Origin: Botryllus schlosseri
Taxonomy: Eukaryota
Length of the DNA stretch: 64,000 nt
Assembly: GCA_051294905.1 (NCBI GenBank)
Contig: CM119373.1
Coordinates: 1,180,001-1,244,000 of the forward strand
Direction of reading: 5' to 3'
Shown: positions 36,701 to 48,700 of the stretch, piece after piece
Layout of the letters: each line of letters begins with the position of its first letter
Position numbering within the stretch: position 1 is the stretch's first letter
Notes under the pieces: generated by a model
What the model was told of the DNA's origin: nothing
Databases searched by the model: none
Seen by the model: only the letters and a program-made list of their open reading frames with translations
Translations under genes and position numbers: made by a program

Positions 36701-39700
36701 AGTCATAATACTGTGACTCGAACCTCTTTTCACTGACTTGGACTCGGACTTGACTCGGTTGTGAATTGAAAATGACTCGACTTGACTCGAGTCAAAACTA
36801 TAAAAGTGAGATTGACTTGTGACTCGGTGCCTTGTGACTTGGTTACAACCCTGGATACTAGTACTGGGTTAGAATTGCCAGTCGGTCATACTTTGAAATA
36901 GCAATTCTCACGTAGGTAGCAGGTTTTTCATTTTGAGCAGATAATGTCTCCTCAAGATCTCACAATCACTTTGTTTGCAACCCATTGGTAATCAAACTGC
37001 TTACAATGGGCAGTTGAATTATGCAATAAGTGGCCCAAATTACCCAACTAGAGCCAGACCGACGTAGAATTTTTGATCAGATACCAATAAAACCGATAAC
37101 TAGTACCCTCCCTGATGATCCCGATATATTTGGTTTATATATTCAAAAGATATGAGATCTAGCTTAAGGCGTATTTCCAAAACTTAACAGCATGTGTTGA
37201 AACAGCTTTACAGCGATGGCTTCGCTTAGGCATCAAATAGACTAGAAAGACCGCCTCTGCCCATCAGCAGGGCAAGTTTTTGTTACAGTCAAATCCGTTG
37301 AATGTTGCATCTATTTTTCACAAAATTTGCTGTAAAAAGCTGCATTTGTTTTTCATTAAAAAGTTGCATTTAAGGACAAGTTCCTTCAAATTATTAGGAT
37401 TAGATACTCGAAGGGATCAGTATCCAAGGCACTGTAGCAAAACACAGTGTTGGCGACTTCAACAAAATTAATTTCCTGAAAAAATTGAAGTGAAAATATA
37501 ATTTTCGGCGGTCCAGCCTGAATGTACGTCAAATCAGAAAAGACTTCAAATTTAAAGGACAGTGAAAAAATGTATTGACATAAAGTACTAACTATTTTCA
37601 GGAAAAGTTATTCGCATGAAAAATCGAAAAGAGTTGCATAAATTTGCATGAAAAATTGAAAAAGTCTCACGAAAAATCGAAAAAGTTACAAAAAGTTTCA
37701 TGAAAGGAATGGAGAACAGCTGCAATATAAGAATCCCCCAAACAGCTTAAAACACCATACTACATAACTTCCGAGTATTTAGGAAGCTGCCGGAAGCTGT
37801 GAAAAAAGTTGCCATAGTGATAAGAAATAGACGATTATTCCAGTCTAGCAGTCACACATTATAGTTCTACGATTCCCCGCTTACATTCTGTGACATCACG
37901 AAAATTGCCGATATTACTCTAATTTTATTGGCTGTTACTGATATTTCTTTCGAAGTATGACATGAAATCAATATTATTGCCGATCTGATAATCGGTCATG
38001 CTCTAATATCAGCCTTGTATCGTTGTCATGAAATGTTACACTGGTCTACAAATTTCAACTTTTTTTTTCAAGTTTGGGTTTTCACAACTGATTGGCTAAT
38101 TTTGAGACGGCGAATCCAAAAATTGCCTTATATTTTCTCTCCCACATCACGTTTTTGAGATATGAAATATTCCTAATTTTTGAAAAAAATCTATTTTTGA
38201 CCCCACCCTTGTTGTGAAAACGAAGAATTCTGACGCAGTAATCCAGCTTTAATTAGAAAACAAGCATTCTATATTATATTCACACAAGTTTGCGTTGTCT
38301 TTATTAAAATTTCATGCCTTAGAATAAAAATTAGGTTTGCTAAAGAGCAACTCTGAAAGCTAGCACACGCGTGACATTGCATACTGCTTCCATATTGTGC
38401 TGCCCACAATCATTTCGTTTATTGCAACAATATAGAAGGGTTTCTTCTAGAAATGGGATTGCCTCAGTATGATGCATTGCAGTCGAATCGAGACTATTCA
38501 TTGATAGTTCCAAATGAAGTTGGTAGTGTGTTCTACTTTACACTGGTAATGTGTATGGTTATATTCTGATAGAACATTCGGTGACAAATGAAAGCATAAT
38601 ATCAGCACATCAAAACCGTTGTTGCGAATTTGAAGTACCATGAGCATGGTTGGCTCATCTGTCTAGATTTAAAAAGGGTGAACTTTTTGCTGGGGCAACA
38701 AATTGGCTACACCAAGTTCCCATGTTTCCTATGCTACTGGAACAGCACGGGGTAAGGATCAGCACTGGAACGAAGAAGAGTGGCCTCAAAGGCTCACCTT
38801 GACACGTGGAGACACTCTTCTATTTCTGTGTGCGTCTTCAGAATTTCTGCACTCCGTTGGAATGTCTATATGCATAGTGTGTAAACTGTAGGCTATAATT
38901 CAGATAATAGGCTACCTTATCACTGTCCTATCGACATGTTCGTCAGCATGATGAAGCGATTGATGTTATTATGGTTGCTCTTTTGCATGCCTATTTTTTC
39001 ATTCCAAGGCATGAAATTTTAGTAAAGACAACGCAAATTTGTGTGAATATAATAAATAATGCTTGTTTGCTAATTGAATCTAGATGATTGCAAGTAAAAA
39101 CGTGTTTATTGCATCAGAATTCTTTGTTTTGACAACAGAGGGGGGTCAAAATTTGATTTTTTTCAAAAATTAGGGATATTTCATATCTCATAAACGTGAT
39201 GTGATAAAGAACATCTAAGGTCATTTTCGAATTCAGCGCCCTAAAATTAGCTAAAGCCAATTGTCAAAACTCAAACCTGAAATTTTGTGTAGACCAGTGT
39301 TATAGCCTACATGGAAGACGTATTAGTTGCTAATCAAATTGTGACTTTCCAACAGCTGCAATCCATGTCCAGACTGCGAAAGTGTATGCACCGCGTCTGG
39401 TACGTCTCCTATCTACACCGGAGGACTCTGCTTCAATGACACACTCGTGGCTAGTCTCAGGCTGGCTTCTGTACCAACATCTGTGAGTCGTTCATTTCTG
39501 TATGTAATAAATGAGCTCTCATTATCAGATAGAAAATTCCTGACTTATTGTTGATTCTAACATCCACAAGCAATGCTCATATTTACACCATCTTATTATG
39601 TTATGACAAATAACTTTGCAAATGTTTCTCCCCACTTAGGTAATATTGAAACCTAGATAGGAGGTAGCATATCAACCATATGACCATAATTATATTGTGA

Positions 39701-42700
39701 CCAGCTGACTCAACTGACTAAATGACCTAATGCTTGTATTGTTGCCTACATTTCACTGCATTGATCACTCTTACGTAGTAAATACACCTCTGTCTATCTG
39801 TCAAGCAATGTAACACAAAGCTACCCACATTCTAACAAACTGCATAATCTTTTAGCAGCTATGGACATGGACAATAGCGCTCTTCAAAAGGGACTTTTTT
39901 CTCAAATCGTACTGGCTACTCGATAAAATTGTTAGGTTACCAAATTTAAGCCTACACACAAAATTTGGTTCAATTCCACCCAGTAACCGCTTTGCTACAG
40001 GAGAAGAAAGTTCTATTTATTATATAAAAATACATAATAAAAAAATTGAAAATTTTATGTTCACCCCATGAAAGTGTTACGTTGTCTATAGAAACGATGT
40101 TCACCAAATTTGGTTCAATTCCAACCAGTGGAAGCGGAGTTATTGCCGTCGAAAAATTTGGATTTGAATAAAATAGTATTTACGATGACCGATTCTTTGT
40201 TTGTTTATTATAGTTGTGCTCACCGTAAATACTATTTTATTCAAATCCAAATTTCTCGAAGGCAATAACTCCGTTTCCACTGGTTGGAATTGAACCAAAT
40301 TTGTGTGTAGGCTTACATTGGGTAACCTAACAATTTAATCAAGTAGCCAGTGTGATTTGAAAAAAAAGTCATTTTTGAAAAGCCCTAATGGGCAAGCAGT
40401 GTCAGATCGCTCGGCATATTATTGTCATAAAGTTGGAAATTACTCATCACTAGGGTGATTTTTTTGACCTAAAAAACGGAAGATTTGACCTGTCAAAATT
40501 TTGACATTTTTTTACTGTAAAAATCTTAATTTTGACCTAAGATATGCAAATTAAGTGTTTTCCTACATAATGTTAGAATTGTAGACCTACTACTTATCTT
40601 CATTTCTGGCTGGAACTGTCTGTCCTTACGAAGTAGTTCGGCCTGAAAGAACTTTTTTGACTTAAAAACTGACAAATTTTTCATGAAAAAATTTCATTTC
40701 AACAAAATCTGGCGCTATGAAGAATTTCAGTATAGTTGCATCACGTATTATGGTAGAAATAATTAAAATCTGTTGCAGTACAACAAAAGATACTTTCCTA
40801 CATTCTCGGGTAGAAAGTGTCTGTCCCGACTAAGTAGCTTGCCAAGAATGGAGAAGAACGTTCAACAGCAACAGTTGTTGGCTGGAAACACTCAAGTTGT
40901 GCATAGACTGCTGATGACAAACCGTGTTGCTTCATTCTGACAATGTTGTCTACATCACAATTTTTCATTATGCGCTTCTTAATATAAGAATCATGCAATG
41001 CCCACGCAGTCGTGCTGCAGTTGGGATATTGCGGTACATTGAGCATGACGCCATGTCAACCTATTTGATCCATTTCAATGTTTACGATTTACAATGAGCA
41101 ATGGGCCGTTTACAACAGTAGGCCTATAAAGTAGGCTACAAGCTGTAAAATGTCGAATGATAATTTCACAGACATTGCAAAATCTACGATACCAACGAAA
41201 TGCAGGTTGCAATAAAGTTTCAACTAGGTAAAAAAATTTGACCTAACGCTACAATTTTGACCTGACTTTGACTGTTCTTGACATGTCTAAAAAGATCGCC
41301 CTACTAATCTCTCTGACAAAGCTATTTCAAATTTGTTACAGACAAACGCCTACGTCAATGAAAATTTGGTTGCAGCTTATGGAGCTTGTATGGCTGACGT
41401 GAGTGTTTGATGCCTTGTTTAAAGAGGACACCGTATCAGTTTACCTATTTGTGTCAGAAAGCCGGAATAAAGAACCAAACGGCGTGTGCTAGCCTGGCCA
41501 ATATGTGCGTCATGGAGCAGTATTCTTTGGATGCTTCGTCTTGTATCCAATACCAGGCAGCCAACGATGATGAATTGGATTTTGCTGATGCAGTGGAATG
41601 GTGGGATATCTTTTGCGATTGCACAGTGTAAAATAGTATCGAAACTGTCATTTTCGATGATCAATAAATTCTTAGTAGCAAGAAGCATATAGTCTAAGCT
41701 AGGTAGGCTACTCGCAATAATAATCTCCCACTACTTGACTCGAATCATGATAATCAATTCTTGACTCACAGTCGAGTACTCAAACCGTCGTTCCCAGCCT
41801 TAATCATGAAGTTTCGGCTTTACTGGAGCATCAAAAACGATAAGCATTGATTTCCAGCTGCTCATGATATGTCTATGACGTATCAACTGATATGCATTAA
41901 TATGCATGCATTAATCTGAGGCAAATGAGTTATTTGTAATTTGTGCCCGCGGACTAATCTGAATGGATTTGAGTTCGTATAATAGCAGAATAATCATTAG
42001 GGTATCAGCAGTCATTATGACGACCTAAGAATAATGCAGAAAGTTCATATATCTACATTTTATGTCAACACAATGAACATAATGCCAGTCATGCGTCACA
42101 ATGAAAGATAATTTTGTATTTTTACCATACCTATTTCATTTTGCTTCGTGACAGCTGCTTTGGGTCGATGAGGACTTCACGGAAATGGCATTTCCACTAA
42201 AACGCGCAGTTTTCCACGACATTTTTCTATGCTGCGATATGGCCCATCGAGGTCACAAGGGTTTCACAGTGGATAATAACATCAAAACTATAATTCTAGT
42301 TGATACTGACTCATTTCAGTACTCGAATCATTAGAATGAATAGGCCCACTCGGTAGGGCTCTTCAAAAATGACTTTTTTTCTCGAATCGTTCTGGCTATT
42401 TGATAAAATTGTATGGATACCTAATTTAATCCTACGCACCAAATTTGGTTCGGTTCCAACCGGTAGCCGCATTGCTACAGGAGAAGAAAGTTTCTATTTA
42501 TTATATAAAAAAAAATAGCAAAATAATTTGAAAATTTTCTGTTCACCCCATGAAAGTGTTAGGTTGTGTATAGAAACGATGTTCACCAAATTTGGTTCAA
42601 TTCCAACCAGTGGAAGCGGAGTTATTGCCGTCGAAAAATTTTGATTTGAATAAAATAGTATTTACGGCGAGCACAACTATAATAAGTAATTAAAGAATTG

Positions 42701-45700
42701 GTCACCCTAAATACTATTTTATTCAGAATCCAAATTTTTCGACGGTCATAACTCAACTTCCACACAACCCAACACTTTCATGGGGTGAACAGAAAATTTT
42801 CAAATTTTTGGCTATTTATTTTTATATAATAAATAGAAACTTTCTTCTCCTGTAGCAATGCGGCTACCGGTTGGAATTGAACCAAATTTTGTTTGCAGGA
42901 TTAAATTAGGTAACCTAACAATTTTATCAAGTAGCCAGCCCGATTTGAGAAAAAAAGGTCATTTTTAAAGAGCCCCAACACTCAGTTTGGTTTCATGTAC
43001 CTTAGTCATTGCATGTGGGCCCTCATTATTATCAGTGTTTTCCTCACCACGTTTTCTGACGCAATCCACAGCCCGTGAGCTGTGAACACTGCCTGCAATT
43101 CTATTGATATGATATGTTCGTGCATTTATAGGCGTGAAGGTAGGCTGCCTTGGCTCTACTATGAAATTGCGCTGAACGACGACATTTTGTTGGATGACAC
43201 CATCACTGAAGTGTACAATTTCAGTCCCGTAAGTATTCATATTCAAATAAACCCGAGTATTTTCGACTGACAGGATTGTTGATATTCAGAGTTCAGCAGC
43301 GTTGTAATGACTCGAGTCATGACTCGACACGAGTCAGACTCGAGTCACGATTTTCTGATGACTCGACTTGCCTCGAGTCATTTTCTAAAAATACCAAAAT
43401 GACTTGTCTTGACTCGAATCAATCTGTGTATTGACTTGACGTGGACTCGAGTCATTGCGAATGACTCGAACCAAGTCATACAACTCTAGACTCAGACGCC
43501 AAGACTGTCATTTCATTATAATTTCGAAGAACAAGTAAACAAACCACCCTATTGGGATTTCGTCTACTGGTACCGATACTTGAAAATACGACCAGAAACT
43601 ATTAAAAGTGAGGAAAATTAGTATGATATAAATGCGAACCATTCGAGATCACTAAGCAGAGTTATAAAAGTGGGTTTAACAAGACTTCAATTGGATCGGA
43701 GCTGTCAACACATTGGCTTGGACTCAGACCTGAGTCCTAATACCATGACTCGGACTCGAACGCCTGCTCGGTGACTTGGACTCGAACTTGACTCGGTGGT
43801 GAATTGAAAATGACTCGACTTGACTCGAGTCAAAACTATAAAAGTGAGATTGACTTGTGACTCGGAGCTTTATGACTTGGTTACAACCCTGAGTTCAGAC
43901 TAAGGTCAGAGCAGAAAAGCTCATAGATCAGTGCTACTAAATGTTACCGTTATCTTGTTCATGTTAGAAATGTGTTTCTGACGTAAGCACCATGGTTGAT
44001 ATGATGAGATGTGTTGTATTTTCAGGACACTGTGCTGGACTTGGTGGTGGCTCAATACAGAGCTAACGGAACATTCCTGGGTATGGCGAGTGTGCAGAAC
44101 GGTCTCATACAGGTGAAGATGGAAGGGTTATATGCTTTCCTAAATTGATATAATTACGTTCTTAGCCCAATATAGTTATCATTAGTGCGATTTTTTTACC
44201 TAAAAAAAAGAGAGATTTTGAACTAAAAATTAAAATTTTTACATTTTTTGACCTTAAAAAATTAGCTATGACCAAATTTGACCTAACGTATGCAAATTAG
44301 GTGTTTCCTACATAATGTTAGAATTGAACTACTTATCTTCATTTCTGGTTGGAACTGTATGTCCTTACAAAGTAGTTTGTCCTGAAAAAATTTCTTTGAC
44401 TCTAAAACTGACAAAAAATTTTCATGAAAAACTTTATTTTGACGAAATCTGGCCGTATGAAGAATTCCAGTAGTCACATCACGTATTATGGTGGAATATT
44501 AAAAATTTGTTGTAGTGCAACGGAGGTTACTTTCCTACGTTATCAGGTAGAAAGTGTCTGTCCTTACTAGGTAGCTTGCCAAGAATGGAGAAAGAACGTT
44601 CAACAGCAGCAGTTATTGACTGACAACACTGACAAACCTGGTGACAAACCTTGTTGCTTCATTCTGGCAATTGTGTCTACATCACAATTTTTCATCGTGC
44701 GCTTCTTAATATAATAACCATGCAATGCACACGCAGTCTTGCTTCAGTTAGGACACTGCGGCACGTTGAGCATAACACCATGTCAACCTATTTATTTCAT
44801 TTGAATTTAGCAGACGATGGGCCGTCCACAACGGTAGGTCTATAAAGTAGGATACAAGCTGTAAAATTTCAAATGATAATTTCACCGACAGTGCCTAATC
44901 TACGATACAAATGAAATGCAGGTTGCAAAAAAATTTTCACTTTGTAAAAAACGTTGACAATTATTGACCTAGCGCTACAATTTTGACCTAATTTTGACTT
45001 TGATGACATGTCAAAAAAATCACCCTAGATATCACGGTTTCATTGATCCAGGTTTGGGACATGAAGTAGTGCGAGGCAACATTGCCAACTGCTGAAAATT
45101 TTCTTCCTGTTGAAATTAGGCACAAAATAGTCGCATTACTGTGATTTTTTCTGTAAACGACACACCTTGTGGTGTTGTCTCCTAATTTGTATTGATCTGG
45201 TCTGTGACGATGTTACACAATATCCGAACTTGAAAACGGAATCATGATCGTTATTTTGCGATATGATGCTCAAATTTGTGGCTTGTTTCAGTTATGTCAA
45301 GACAAATCGACGGTATCAAACGCAGCTTATGAATTTGGGACGGAATTCGCCTCTAGCGTGAGTTGTTTTTTATCTCTAGATAATATTTTATTCATAACAT
45401 TTGTATTTTGGGAATTCGTGCTTTGACAGGTAATTCCAACTCAGCTGAGCCCATCCACCAGTTGTAGTGTTAGAAATGGACTGTAAAACCACAATAGACA
45501 ACCCCAATGTCTCTTGACACAAATTTAAACAACTTGAAAACATGTGTCGTTGTCAAGTCATTTCCTTATTTCGAGTCGATCTGTGTATTGACTCGACTTG
45601 GACTCGAGTCGCTGCGTACGACTTGAACCAAGTCATATGACTCGAGGCTCGGACGGCCAAGACCAACATTTCACTGTAATTTTGAAGAATAGTAAAGTAA

Positions 45701-48700
45701 CCACACTGTTGGGAGTTCGTCTATTGGTACTGGTGCTTAAAAATGCGACCAGAAACTCCTAAAAGTGAGGAAAATTAGTATATTATGAATGCAAATCATT
45801 CGATATCACCAAACAGAGTTATAAAAAGTGGGTTTAACAAGACTTTAACTGGAAACAGAGCATTCAACACGATGACTTGGACTCGAGTCATAATACCATG
45901 ACTCGGACTCGACCCTCTGCTCGCTGACTCGCACTTGACTCGGTGGTGAATTGAAAATGACTCGACTTGACTCAAGTCAAAACTATAAAAACAATAAAGA
46001 CTTGTGACTTGGAGCCTTGTAACTCGGTTACAACCCTGGTTCTTGCAGTCATTGCTAGCTCAGAGTCATCACTACTATCAGTGGTGTAGAGTGTCGAGAT
46101 AGCGCAGTGGTATAATCCACAGCGGCAACACCAATGGATGCGGGTTCGAGTCCGACCGAGGTTGACTTCCGAATGCCGATATCCAAGTGTTGGAGGCTTA
46201 CCTAGGCTCCTCCTCGCTATCTCATCCGCGTCAGCGGTGTCTTACAAAAGCCTAGAGGTGGGCAGTGCTATAAGTCGGCAGCTACGGAAAATAAGAAGAA
46301 GTCCGGCCTGGTGTAAATGACCATAGTAGTCGACAAACATCATGAATACCCCAAAACAAACTATCACTGGTGTAGTCAGGGGTGGGTTTTAGTGGTCGAA
46401 ACCCTCCCAATTCAAACTTGTACTGATGGTTATGTCGAAAGGTGACACGATTCCGATAACATATAAGAGCTTCTTTGAGGTACAGAACTTCAATGTACAA
46501 TTTAACAGTATAATCATATTGAAATGAAACCGAATATTTTCGGCTGACACTCATCAGGGGTAATCGTCAGCAACTAGGAGAGAATTGGAAAGAACATTGT
46601 ATATCAACAATCGTATCACAAAACATGACGTCACCAGCATGAAAGAGAGAGCGTTCAATGTACTATTTTCAGTGGGTAGACGAACTCCTTCTGTTGACAG
46701 AGTTTTGGTTGGTGTGTTTTGATAAAAGTCAACTCCAAGGCACACAAATGGAATTGTGAACGGCCCCGCCCAACGATTCGAAATTGGTCGTCTTGATAAT
46801 TTTTCGCACAGATCGGATTATCTAACAGATGTCTGCCGATGGCATGACATGACATAAAACGTTAATGAGTTGCTTCAGAATCAAATCTATTCCATTGCCG
46901 ATTTTTGAATTTCGTTGGTTCTGGTTCTAATTCTAGTTGCACGTGTGGAAATCCAGTCATTTCTACACTTCTGCTCTAAATACCCATTTTATTGGTTCAT
47001 TCCAGTGTACACTCTCCGTTAGCGATTTATTGGTGAGCGATGTAGCCGACACTTATTACTCGATGTACCTGAGATACATTTCTACAGCGGGATCAACGCT
47101 TCTACATCCTGTGCCTGTCCTTGTGTCAAACTACGAGGGTGACACGGGCACTGTCAATCAAGGTGAGTTACTACATTAGCAGTGCTGGTCAATAACTGGT
47201 GCTTCTATGTTTTCAAGTAATCAAGTAGATTTTGCTGATTGTCAATACTTTAGTGCTTCTGTATGTAGACTACTTCTACATGAGCGTGTTTTTTGACAAA
47301 ACTACTACTATGGCTTTGTAACGGTAAAAAAATTTAAATATGTAGCTTTCAAGCGACCACAAGGAATATATGAAGAGCTTCTTGGAGGTACAGAACTTCA
47401 ATATACAATTAAATAGTATATTCATATTGAAATGAACCCGAATATTTTCGGCTGACACTCGTCAGGGGTAATCGTCAGCAACTAGTAGAGAATTGGAAAG
47501 AACATTGTATATCAACAATCGTATCACAAAATATGACGTCACCAGCATGAAATTTCGAATGAGAGAGCGTTCAATGTACTATTTTTAGGTGATACACGAA
47601 CTCCTTTTGTTGACAGAGTTTTGGTTGGTGTATTTTGATAAAAGTTGATTCCAAGGCACACAAATGGAATTGTGAACGGCCTCGACCTACAATTCGAAAT
47701 CGGTCGTCTCGATAATTATTCGCACAAATCGGATTATCCAACAGATGTTTGCCGATGGCAGAATTAATGGCTTTTGATCGATCAGCATCAATCTTGAGTG
47801 GATGAGTTAAGGGTGAGCTTTTCACATCGCGTGACGCACATGTTCTGATAAATCTGGGGACATGTTGGTTTATGCGGTCCTGCAGACGTCTTGACGTTCT
47901 TCCCACGTAGCCACAATCACAGTGGCACCTATATTCGTACACTACATTACTTTGTTGAAGTGCAGGAAGCACGTCTTTGCGTGTTGAAGGGAGCAGTTGT
48001 GTTGTTGTAAAAATCACATTGGTTTTGACTGTATCGTAACATTTACCGACAGCAGAAATCAATTGTTTTTCAAAGCGGGTGGAAATGGGGCCAATCCAAG
48101 GTAGATGGATATAAACATCTTTTATTATTCGTGCGGTGGGCTCTGTTCGTTTTTCTGCGTTGAATTGCGTTAATTTCCTCTCCATGCCGCGGCTGATGAC
48201 GTGTTCAGGGTAACCGTTATCAAGTAAGATTTTTCGGATGTAGTCAAGTTCTAAACTCAATTTGTTACCCGAACATATCATCAGCGCTCTATGCACGAGT
48301 GTGCCTATGAGGTTAATTTTTCTGCGCCGAGGACTAAATGAATTCCAGCGAAGGTATTGGCCTGTGAAAGTCGGTTTTCTGAAAACAGACGTTTCAAATT
48401 TGTTGGTATTGCGCTTTTCAACTAATACGTCCAGAAATGATAATGAGTTATTGCGTTCTTTTTCTATTGTGAATTGCAAGGCCGGGTGAAGCGAGTTTAA
48501 GCGAATGAGAAATTGGTCACACTCCGATTCATTCCTGAAAATGACAAATGTATCATCTACGTATCGGCGGTACAATAGTGGTTTGGCGGACTCACGCTGG
48601 GACAGAAGCTCGCCCTCGTAATACCCTACGAAAATGTTGGCCAAAATAGGTCCCAGGGGACTACCCATGGCTAAGCCGTCTATTTGGCGAAACATGACCT

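Noticed and set aside
46090..46160. Possible tRNA gene
   Set aside because: It has A and B boxes but no convincing cloverleaf, continues into a repeated body with a tail, and has a TSD, so it is a SINE.
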